From NCBI RefSeq assembly GCF_009914755.1, contig NC_060932.1: 64,000 nucleotides of DNA; one strand, written 5' to 3'. A program made the position numbers and the translations under genes. Under the pieces are notes generated by a model that was not told the origin of the DNA, ran no database searches, and worked only from the letters and a program-made list of their open reading frames with translations. Positions 49,993-64,000 of the stretch are shown here, piece after piece. The stretch's first letter is position 1. Each line of letters begins with the position of its first letter. This stretch comes from the human T2T-CHM13v2.0 reference genome, Homo sapiens.

Positions 49993-51251
49993 AATTAGGA
50001 AAGAAATCAATAGGCAGTCCCTTCCTCCTTTTCCTAACCTGAAGAATGTTGAAATTTCAGTAAAACTAGTAGAAGATATTGATTATTCTAGGTCACTCTA
50101 TTTGTGTTTATTGGTTGTGGGTTCTGATCATAAAAATTCAGAAGATAAGAATAATAATCTTAGCCATCATTTACTGAGGATTTCTATGTTCTAGGCACCT
50201 TCCTAAGTATTTTTTACATATTAGTTCATTTAATCCTTCCTACACCTCTAAGAAGAAAATATTTTCATCACCAATTTACAAATAAGGAAGGTTAATTTGA
50301 GATGGGCTAAGTAGATGCTTTCAATACTCCATTTGCTAAAGAGTGATTCTGGCCAACAGTTGCTCATGGCATAGGCTCTTCACTTTCCCACAATTCTGCA
50401 TTAAAAATAAAAAAGTTAAATTCCTTGCAGTGAACCTATAGAAATTGAATGCCATGTTCAGCATGTTTTGAATCCAAGAACCCTAGCTGCCACAGAGGGT
50501 CAGTTGATTCCATCTGGAAGAGAGACTAAAACTCAGAGCCCTTCCTAGAGGAAATCCCTCTTGTTTATTTTTAAGTGTGGAGATTCTAGAGCCAATGGAT
50601 GAAGGCACACGGGTCAGCGTTAGGCTGTGCTAAACGTTCTAAGACACAGACAGAGCAGCAACGGGGTTGGGGCCTTCTGAGAGAAGAGGCACGTATTGAA
50701 GTAAAAGTGGATATTTGAAGAGTGATACCAGTGGAAGGCATGGCTGGGAGGTTTTAAAGGAGGAGGATATTCTTCCATGATGAAAGGCTTTGTCCACGCA
50801 AACCAAGGCTCCCTCGGTTGGTCGGGCGCTTTGTTGTTAAGCGCAGAGATGATTCCAAGGGGTGTAGTTGCTGTATTGTTTTTCTTGCTTTGTTTGCTAA
50901 ATGAAAACATCCCCGCTTAATTGCAGTCCCTTCACACAGAGCTTCGGAGGGAAAACAAAGGCATTGTTCCACCAAATGGAAAAAGGCACCAAATTGACAA
51001 AAAACATTTAATAATTTCAGACCCCCTAACAAAAGAGTGTTTCAGTCCAGAAAGAAAGAAAATCTGAATAACATTTTTAACTTTATTAAAGTTAAATTTG
51101 TAATTAAATTTTAATGATAAAGTTAAATTTATTGAAATGTAATCTCCATAAACTGAACATATCATAAGTGTGCAGCTCAATTCATTTTCACAAACTGAAC
51201 ATACCTGTGGAACCACCACCCAAATAGTGTTTGGTTTTTTTTTTTTTTTAA

Positions 51252-51626
<375 letters not shown>

Positions 51627-52996
51627 CTAGAATATAAAACATTCTTTTAAGTAACTTAACTTCTTGGCTTTTCTCTGTTTCACCTGCCACCTGATGCTGC
51701 CCTTCTTCCCTCACCCTCTCCAGATGCCTGGAATTTGTTATTCTGGCCAGTTCAGACTGTCATCCAGCCTCTGCAAGGGTCAGCTCTGAGGGGCGTGTGT
51801 GTATGAACCTTGTATATCACTTGTTCATGCTACTTTATGCTAGGCAATATGCTAGATGCTTTAAACAGATTAGCTCTAATTTTCACAATGATTCTGTTAA
51901 GGTAAGTATTATTGTCCTCATTATGTACAAGAAGCAGCTCAGGATCATAGCACCCAACTGCAGTTTAGAAGTCCTAGGATGGCTTCCCTCCTGCCACTAC
52001 CTCTCCGGAGCCATGGATGTTCATAGGCAAGAAAGGGGGACAAGGTAATTGACCAGATCATCCCAACACCTTTTGTGTGGCTCTGGAGTACTGTTTTGTA
52101 CTCATTATATTTCCTTCCTGTGCTAGGACAGATGTATTCAGAAAGAACTGTGAAGTTTTCCCTTTCAATCATATTCTGCTTTTGCAAGCCATTCCTTTCT
52201 CCTAGTCCATGCTGAGATGGTTGAGAGTCACCAAGCATCTGCCTGCACACCAGTGGCTCCTGCTTGCTGTTTCTTTTTCCCATCGACCCTAGACTGAAGT
52301 TAGTCACTGATGCTTTGGCTCTGATGAACCCCTTCTGGTTTCTAGCCAGTGGGTGAAATCATTATATATAAGAGCAGTTCCCAGCTTTCAAGAGGTTTGT
52401 TTACTTTGCTTCCTCCTGATCTTCCAAAGTGGAAATTTTGCCTTATCTTTATATTCCCAGTGACTAGCACAGGGCGGCGTATCCAGTATGTGCCTGAGAC
52501 ACTTGCTGAACTGAAAGCACTGTTGCCATAATGAAAGTGAAAAGGTGATGGATAATCACAGTACAAAAGGATCATTATGCTGTCATCTTTATCCTGATTG
52601 ACACTCTTGAGCTCAGAATTTTTCCATGGCTATCACCTATAGGCAATGAAGCATTTCTGACCTAATCTTTACCTGCTGCCCATGCTTAGCTCCCTGTGCT
52701 TTGCTCTCCTGCCCTCCCCCATCCTCTCCCTGCCCAGTACCACATGATTTGTCCTGACCTCTCATTTGCACCATGCATTTCTACTTGCTCCTTGATCCTG
52801 TGTCCTCTCACCATCTCGAAGGACCAACTTCCATTTCTTCTTAACTTGGAACTTGAAAGTGCCCTCTGACACTTAAGTATTTCATTCTCTTGCTTCCCCT
52901 TCATCTTGTATGTACCTGTACCTCTGTTACAGCATTTATCTGTCTTGCACATAGGTTTTTTAACATTTGCTTCCCCATCTGATAGTAGGCAACTTA

Positions 52997-53297
<301 letters not shown>

Positions 53298-53532
53298 CTA
53301 AATACTGATTTTTAACAGCTTTATGAAGACATAATTCACATACCATACAATTCGCCTATTTAAAGCATATAAGTTAATTTTATACTTTTTAAAAACTTTG
53401 TTTATAGTATAATCACAGATGTATGCAACCATTACGACAGTCAATTTCAGAGCATTTTCATCACTTCAAAAAGAAACCCCTTACCCCATAGCTATCACTC
53501 CCCTATGCCTTCATCTACCCCCTCATCCCTAA

Positions 53533-53887
<355 letters not shown>

Positions 53888-54477
53888 ACATTTCTGTATT
53901 TTGATAATTTTATATCAATGGAATAATACAATGTATGGCCTTTTGTGACTGTCTTCTTTCACTTGGTATAATATTTTCAAGATTTCTCCATGTTGTAGCT
54001 TGTTTCAGTACTTCACTTCTGTTTATAGCCAACTAATTCCTTGTATGCATACACCACACTTTCAGTTTCATCAGTTGATGGACATGTGGATTGTATTTAC
54101 TCTTTGGCCTTTATAAATAATATCGTTATGAACATTCATATGCAAGGTTTTCTGTGGATATATGTTTTCATTTCTCTTGGGCACATACCTAGAAGTAGAA
54201 TGGCGGGATCATACAGTAACTCTGTGTTCAACGATTTGAAGAACTGTGAGACTATTTTCTGAAGTGCCTGCACCATTTCAAATTCCCACCAACAGTGTAT
54301 GAGGCTTCTAGTTTATATCACTGTCAAAACTTGTTCTCTGTCTTGTTTCTATCCAACTAGCGGATATGAAATGTTATGTCATTATAGTTTTTATTTGCAG
54401 TTCCCTGATGCAAATCTTTCTATGTAATTATTGGCTAATTTTTATATTTCCTTTAGTTTATTCAGATCATTTGCCCG

Positions 54478-54780
54478 TTTTTATTTTTGTTTTTATTTTG
54501 AGACAGAGTCTTACTTTGTCACCCTGGCTGGAGTGCAGTGGCGTGATCTTGGCTGACTGCAACCTCCACCTCCCGGGTTCAAGCAATTCTCCTGCCTCAG
54601 CCTCCTGAGTAGCTGGGATTACAGGTGCACGCCACCATGCCCAGCTAATTTTTGTATTTTTAGTAGAGACAGGGTTTCACTATGTTGGCCCGGCTGGTCT
54701 TGAACTCCTGACCTCAGGTGATCCACCCACCTCAGCCTCCTAAAGTGCTGGGATTACAGATGCGAATCACTGCGACCAGA
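54478..54780 (-). mobile_element. Alu (AluSx-like)
   Basis: Antisense dimer. Confidence 0.94.
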
Positions 54781-55196
54781 CTGTAATCCCAGAAGAAGGG
54801 TAGTTTTAGCTTTTACATTTAGCTTTTAAATCTATTTAGGCTTATTTTTTCTGTGTAGTATGAGGTTAAGGATCCAACTTCAGTATTTTGCATGTGACTA
54901 TCTAACTGTCCCTGCACCATCTGTCGAAAGGACGACCCTTTCCTCGTTATATGGCCTTGGCACCCTTGTTGAAATCAGTTGACCATAGATATACCAAAGT
55001 AGTGATTTAAAATTTGTGTTTAGATAATAATATAAAACACCTTGGTTGAATAATGAAAGCGGAGACTGCTTCTCTTGTCTTTTTATATTGCTTCCACAAA
55101 TATGAGGGACAGAGAAGCCCTGCTATCACCTAACCTGTTATTATGTAGAAAGGCAGTTCCTACTGATCATTGTGTTCAATATTTTATCATTGTTTC

Positions 55197-55699
<503 letters not shown>

Positions 55700-55726
55700 A
55701 TGTTTCTTATATCTTTTAAATATATT

Positions 55727-55840
55727 TGGCATGGTGAAGTGGCTCACACCTATAACTCCAGCACTTTGGGAGGCCAAGGTGGTAGGATTGCTTGAGCCTG
55801 GAAAGTCAAGGCTGCAGTGAGGTGTGGTCACACCACTGAC
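55727..55840 (+). mobile_element. Old Alu/FRAM-like fragment
   Basis: gtggctcacacctataactccagcactttggg...aggctgcagtgag. Confidence 0.8.
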
Positions 55841-55863
55841 GGGGTTAGACACTATCTAATATA

Positions 55864-55896
55864 CACACACACAAACACACACACACACACACACAC
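55864..55896. repeat. (CA)n microsatellite
   Basis: Visible. Confidence 0.93.
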
Positions 55897-56658
55897 ATCA
55901 ATTTTCCCAGATTGTCATCAGTTTTCCTTCATCACTTCATCTTACCTCTCCTAAGTATCTTTATTTACTCCTCCTTTCTTTCTCTGTTTTGGTATCAATT
56001 TCTTCTATTTTCTAATAATTATGAAAGCATTCAGAATAAATAATAACCATTCCTGTCAAATGAGCCTTTATAATAGGTTTTAGAACCCAGCTTCCCTTGA
56101 CATTTGTTTGAAAAGGCTCACCGAGGTTTGAATTGTTTTGAATTGAGGGTACAAGCACTTGGTTTCTCTCCTTCTTATATAATTTTGTGGTGATGAAACC
56201 ATAGTTGAATGTGGCCTTTTAGGATGGCCATGGCCTGAGAATCCACACTTGGCTTCTATCTAAAGCTGATTCAGATTCTGAAAATGGCTGTTGAAGGCAA
56301 CACTAAAACCCATGGGGAATGTGAAAATTACAACTTTCCAGAATATCAGTCTCTTCAGAGTGTAAAACCAACACTAAAAAGTTCTCATCTTTCTTTCAGC
56401 TAATTTGAAATAGCAAGCAAAGAGGAAGGGATTTTATTTCCAAAAACAAATAACACCCTCCATTACTGTTGCTTATGGTATTCACTTAGTTTTTAGTCAG
56501 TTGATTAGAAGATATTTGTTGAGCACCTAATGTATACCTCCTCCCTGGGCTCAGTTTTCTAAGAAATAAAAACATTTAAGACATGGTGCCTGTTCTTCAG
56601 AAAGTTCTAGTTTCACTGGAGGGATAAAAATAGTACGTAAAAATTGAGAGGAAATTCA

Positions 56659-56966
<308 letters not shown>

Positions 56967-57223
56967 TTAAAAGAAAAAAAAAGAGAGGAAATTCAAAGAG
57001 AGGGCAAGACCTGTATGGATTGCTCCTTAGTTGGGATATGTTCACAGAGACCTTAGGGCTTAATCTGTCCATTTAAAATAGTCCCACTATCTCCATTGAC
57101 ACTTTATATGAATGACAGCCAGGCACCTTCTGCTCTTTCCGTCATGCTGGTGCAGCCCCTCACCTCCACACAGGACACAGGACTGGTCATGAAGGCCTGG
57201 AGTTGGATTTCAGCCCCTGAACC

Positions 57224-57273
57224 TAGGTTCCCTTGTACAGTGAACAACCTGTATTACTGTACAAGGAGCCCCT
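57224..57273 (-). mobile_element. MER91-like hAT element end
   Basis: cccttgtacagtgaacaacctg...tacaaggagcccct. Confidence 0.55.
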
Positions 57274-57552
57274 AAAGTTCCAAGATACATGTGCAGAACG
57301 TGCAGGTTTGTTACATAGGTAATAGTGTGCCATGGTGGTTTGCTGGCACCTAGGTATTAAGCCCTGCATGCACCGTGCCCTCCCACTGCTACTGGCCCCA
57401 GTATGTGTTGTTCCCCCCGGGCCGTGTCCATGTGTTCTCATTGTTCAGTTCCCACTGATGAGTGAGAACATGTGGGTTTGGTTTTCTGTTCCTGTGTTAG
57501 TTTGCTGGGGATGATGGCTTCCAGCTTCATCCATGTCCCTGCAAAGGACGTG
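57274..57552 (-). mobile_element. L1PA (7/8-like) 3' fragment
   Basis: atacatgtgcagaacgtgcaggtttgttacatagg...gtgtccatgtgttctcattgttca...catccatgtccctgcaaaggac. Confidence 0.9.
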
Positions 57553-57913
57553 TAGTTTCAATTTCTTCAGGGAAGTGAAAATGGGAAGAAGTGAGGGAAC
57601 ACCATGAGTAAGGAACCAAGGTGAGATTGAGTATGTTCTATTCAGTGTCTGATATGCAGGCTGGTGAAGGAGGGTAGAAGATCCTCGTTGTCAGACTATA
57701 AAGTACTGTTTCTTCCCTTGTTCCTCACCTTTTCCAGTATGCAGTAGTTTTACTCATAAATATTAACTGAGCAGCTGTTTATTAGTTCCAAACCAAATTA
57801 TTATGAAAATTATATCAATTTAGCTATGTAACATGTGCTCTATAGACAATAGCATAGTACTTAAAAATATCAATGCTCATGTGAGCATTTCTCCCTAATT
57901 AATACTTTCTTGC

Positions 57914-58903
<990 letters not shown>

Positions 58904-58944
58904 CAAGGTAATGGTTTTAATATTTGGGTGAATGAATAATTAAC

Positions 58945-59244
58945 TTTTTTTTTTTTTTTGGAGACAGGGTCTCACTCTGTCATCCAGACTGGAGCACAGT
59001 GGTGCAATCACAGCTCACTGCAGCCTCAAACTCCTGGGCTCAAGTGATCCTCCCACCTCAGCCTCCTGAGCAGCTAAGACTACAGGCATGTGCCACTACA
59101 CCCAACTAATCTTTTGGTATTTTTTGTTGAGATGGGGTTTTGCCATATTGCCCAGGTTGGTCTTGAATTCCTGGGCTCAAGTAATCCTCCCACCTTGGCC
59201 TCCCAAACTGCTGGGATTAAGGTGTGAGCCAGCATGCCCAGTCT
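58945..59244 (-). mobile_element. Alu (AluJ-like)
   Basis: Antisense dimer with J-type motifs. Confidence 0.93.
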
Positions 59245-59643
59245 GTTTTGCTTTTAAAAATAATTGATCATATTAACACATGACTTGTTTTTTAAAGCTC
59301 TCTTTCTAAATTCTGAAGCATCTTTTTGACCTAAGCCCCACAGGCCATTTTGTCTCCCTCCCTGGCTTTTGCTCCTGTACATCATTCACATCTATTCCCA
59401 GGTTACACAGGGCCTCCTCAGCTCTTTTGAATTTTTTTTCCCAGTGTACAAGGAGATCGCTATCAGCTTATTTCTATTCTTGTACTGGCCCCTAAATGTA
59501 GTAGTTCCTTCTATTGTAGTGCTGCCTTCCCTCTAGGTTAATACGGGTCTGGGAAATCTGAGTCAGATATAGATCCAGGAAAGGTGGAAATCAGCTCACA
59601 TGCACAAGCAAAACCTGGTGAGTGCTTGCAGCAGGCAAATATT

Positions 59644-59645
<2 letters not shown>

Positions 59646-59675
<30 letters not shown>
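59646..59675. repeat. (TG)15 microsatellite at an Alu tail
   Basis: Visible. Confidence 0.95.
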
Positions 59676-59679
<4 letters not shown>

Positions 59680-59958
59680 GAGACAGTCTTGCTCTGTTGC
59701 CCAGACTGGAGTGCAGTGGCACAATCTTGGCTCACTGGAACCTCCGTCTCCTGGGTTCAAGCGATTCTCCTGCCTCAGCCTCTTGAGTAGCTGGGATTAC
59801 AGGTGCCCGCCACCACACTTGGCTAATTTTGTATTTTTAGTAGAGACAGGGATTTGCCATGTTGGCCAGGATGGTCTTGAACTTCCAACCTGAGGTGATC
59901 TAACCACCTCGGCCTCCCAAAGTGCTGGGATTACAGGCATGAGCCACTGCACCCGGCC
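59676..59958 (-). mobile_element. Alu (AluS-like)
   Basis: Antisense dimer. Confidence 0.95.
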
Positions 59959-59961
59959 TCT

Positions 59962-60596
<635 letters not shown>

Positions 60597-60769
60597 ATAT
60601 TAAAAACCACTGAATTGTACGTGTTAAATAGGTTAATTGTATGGTATGTGAATTATCTCTGAGTAAAGCTGGAAGAAGAAGGAAGGGGAGGGTGCGGGAG
60701 AAGAGAAGGAGAAGAACTCATCTTGGCAGCATCTGCTTCCTCTTTCTTGAGCCCCGCATCACCAGGTCC

Positions 60770-60977
60770 AGACTTCCTTACTGGAGAGAGGCTATTTTGA
60801 GGGGTACCGCAGAGCCAACGATCCACTTCTGGCCATCATCTGCATGTAATTGTGAGTGATCCCAAGCTAGAGTCATAGAGGAGCTGCCCAGGTGAACCCC
60901 AGACAATGCATACAATACTAACATATAATTAAATGATGGTTATTTTAAGCCACCAAGTTTGGGAGTAGCTTGTCATA
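60770..60977 (+). mobile_element. MLT1-type LTR 3' part
   Basis: gctgcccaggtgaacccc...taaatgatggttattttaagccaccaagtttggg...gcaaca. Confidence 0.7.
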
Positions 60978-61492
60978 TGGCAAAAATAATTGCAACAAGT
61001 AGTAAGTCAAACTCTTGCTTTAACATTGCGACTACATATTAATCCTAAAATAAAATCCCACGAAAGGCGTGGTCTTCAAAATAAGAACCTGGATGGGGAC
61101 ATTAGTTGATTATAAGGGGAAGTGAAATAAGGAAGCGCTAAGGCTGGTGGAGCATGTTGTAAATGGCAAGTTGATCCAATCCAGGCAGGCATGCCAGCTG
61201 GCCTCAGTCCTAAAGCTCACACTGGCAGAAGCAGCTAACCAGTCACTTGTCCAGAGGCCACCAGATACTTAGTAGGAGCTCTAGAGGGCTGGCAGGTCAT
61301 GTTTCTAGTTACAAGAAATGACACAAGTTAACCCCATCCACTGGCCCTCCCCATTCCCTGAAAGGAAATTCACTGAACTGGAAGGGACAGAGTGGTCAGA
61401 ACCAGGGATAAAGGCCAGGAGTCTGTGTCTGTGTCTTAAATGGAGACTATCAATAGTGCCAAAGTCTCTTGATTATCTCCACACAGGTCTCC

Positions 61493-61990
<498 letters not shown>

Positions 61991-62250
61991 TGGGGTTGTT
62001 TTTAGTATATACTTGGATAATGATGTATAGCAGGAGAATGCATATAATTAAATTTAATTTATTCACTTAGCTTTTTGAAAACCTACTGTGCTAGGAAAAA
62101 ACTGTGAACCACATAGACAGGGACTCTGGTCTCAAAAAGCTTCTAATCAAGTGAGCAAGTAATTCCCCTAGGCTTCGAGAGGGACCTTAGAAATGGTACA
62201 TGGTCCAGATTTGTAGGAATTGCAGATTTCTTAGAGAAAGTGATATGTAA

Positions 62251-62693
<443 letters not shown>

Positions 62694-62863
62694 TCTATTT
62701 TCTTTTCTAGATTCTTGTCATCATTCCATGTGGCTTTATTCTATTCAGTTTATTCCCTGGAACTTCAGTGTTCATCCATCATTCTGTTGTGACTTTCCGA
62801 GCTATGTAACATGCCTCAGTGTGTGTGGTTTCATGTATCTTTGCCACTGCTTATTCATACAAA

Positions 62864-63765
62864 TGTGTTCCAGCTATCTATTCCTACAAAACAAGTCATA
62901 CTAAGATTTAGCAGTCTAAAACAACAATGATGTGTTATTTCTTCTGATTACATGGTTTGCGTGGTGGTTACTCTATTGGTTTCATGTGGGCACATTCATC
63001 TGCTTGCTGAAGGGTCAGCTGGGCTGGAAGGTCCAGGATGCCCTCATTCACATGTCTGAGAGCTGGTGCTTGCTGTTGCTTGGACAACCTGGTCCTCCTC
63101 CTGTGGCCTCTTCCCCTCTAATAAGCTAGACCTGCCCCCTTTCATGGTGATTTCAGGAGGGCATTCCAAGGGGCAAAGGTGGAAGTTGTAAGGCCTCTTA
63201 AAGCCTCACCTTAGAAGTTGCATAATGTCACTTTCATTGCATCCTGTTGGTCAAAGCCAGTCACAAAGCTAGGCCAAGTTTATCACCTTAGAAGTTGCAT
63301 AACGTGGCCGGGCATGGTGGCTCACACCTGTAATCCCAGCACTTTGGGAGGCCGAGGGTGAATCACTTGAGGTCAGGAGTTTGAGACCAGCCTGAACAAC
63401 ACGGTAAAATCCCATCTCTACTAAAAATACAAAAATTAGCCAGGTGTGGTGGCATGCACCTGTAATCCCAGCTGCTCAGGAGGCTGAGGCAGGGGAATAG
63501 CATGAACCCGGGAGGCAGAGGTTGCAGTGAGCCGAGATCACGTCACCGTACTCCAGCCTGGGTGACAGATCGAGACTCTATCTCAAAGAAAAAAAGAAAA
63601 AGAAGAAGAATAACCTCACTTTCACTGCATCCCGTTGGTCAGAGCAAGTCACAAAGCTAGCCCAAGTTCAAGGGAAATAGAAATGGACTCAGCATCTGGA
63701 TGGGAGAAGCAATGAAGTCACACTGGAAGACACATGAGGAACTACTGTGTCCATCTTTGCATACA
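62864..63765 (-). mobile_element. MLT1 (H-like) LTR split by an Alu
   Basis: taaaacaaca...ctgggctggaaggtccaggatg...cattcacatgtctg...ttggtcaaagc...ggatgggag. Confidence 0.75.
63306..63609 (+). mobile_element. Alu (AluSx-like)
   Basis: Full dimer. Confidence 0.95.
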
Positions 63766-63942
63766 GTTTCCTAGAGAGTGTTTTTATGTTTCTGTCACTT
63801 GTGTTGACATACGTGTGACAGTTGTCCTTACCACCTTCTAAGAAGGGGTTGTCCATTATTATATTAAATAAAATTCATATCGCTTATACCAACTCTGCTG
63901 TTACTAACTTTGGGAAAGAAGCCTGTTGCCTGTTGGCTATTT

Positions 63943-64000
63943 CTTTTTCTTTCTTTCTTTCTTTTTTTTTTTTTTTTTTTTTTGAGACAGAATCTCGCTC
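63943..64000 (-). mobile_element. Alu 3' end (runs off the window)
   Basis: T-rich tail followed by gagacagaatctcgctc. Confidence 0.9.

Noticed and set aside
57231-57266. Perfect 11-bp inverted repeat CCTTGTACAGT...ACTGTACAAGG (small-RNA-like hairpin)
   Set aside because: Best explained as the palindromic end of a MER91-like DNA transposon; the stem is too short for a pre-miRNA.

Overview
Human/primate genomic DNA, not prokaryotic. The window lies inside the DEPTOR (DEPDC6, mTOR-interacting inhibitor) gene on the + strand. It covers the distal part of intron 1, coding exon 2 (33201-33379), intron 2, coding exon 3 (34614-34737) and the first 29 kb of intron 3. The two exons encode most of the first DEP domain and total 303 nt with matching phase at both ends. 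The rest is dense in repeats: about 70 Alu copies or fragments (roughly 2:1 antisense), a sense-oriented HERV-K(HML-2) LTR5 solo LTR with a perfect 6-bp target-site duplication (TSD), THE1, MLT1, MER21, LTR33 and ERV1-type LTRs, L1 and L2 fragments, MIRs, hAT MITEs and microsatellites. Almost all other ORFs in the track are Alu or low-complexity artefacts. I found no evidence of a new multi-gene system. The best oddities are an Alu flanked by a 237-bp direct repeat (giant TSD), a potential stop-free exon 2-3 circular RNA, fold-back scars at Alu deletions, a chimeric three-arm Alu and an unexplained 55-bp dispersed duplication. Repeat subfamily names come from remembered consensus sequences, and repeat boundaries are approximate.
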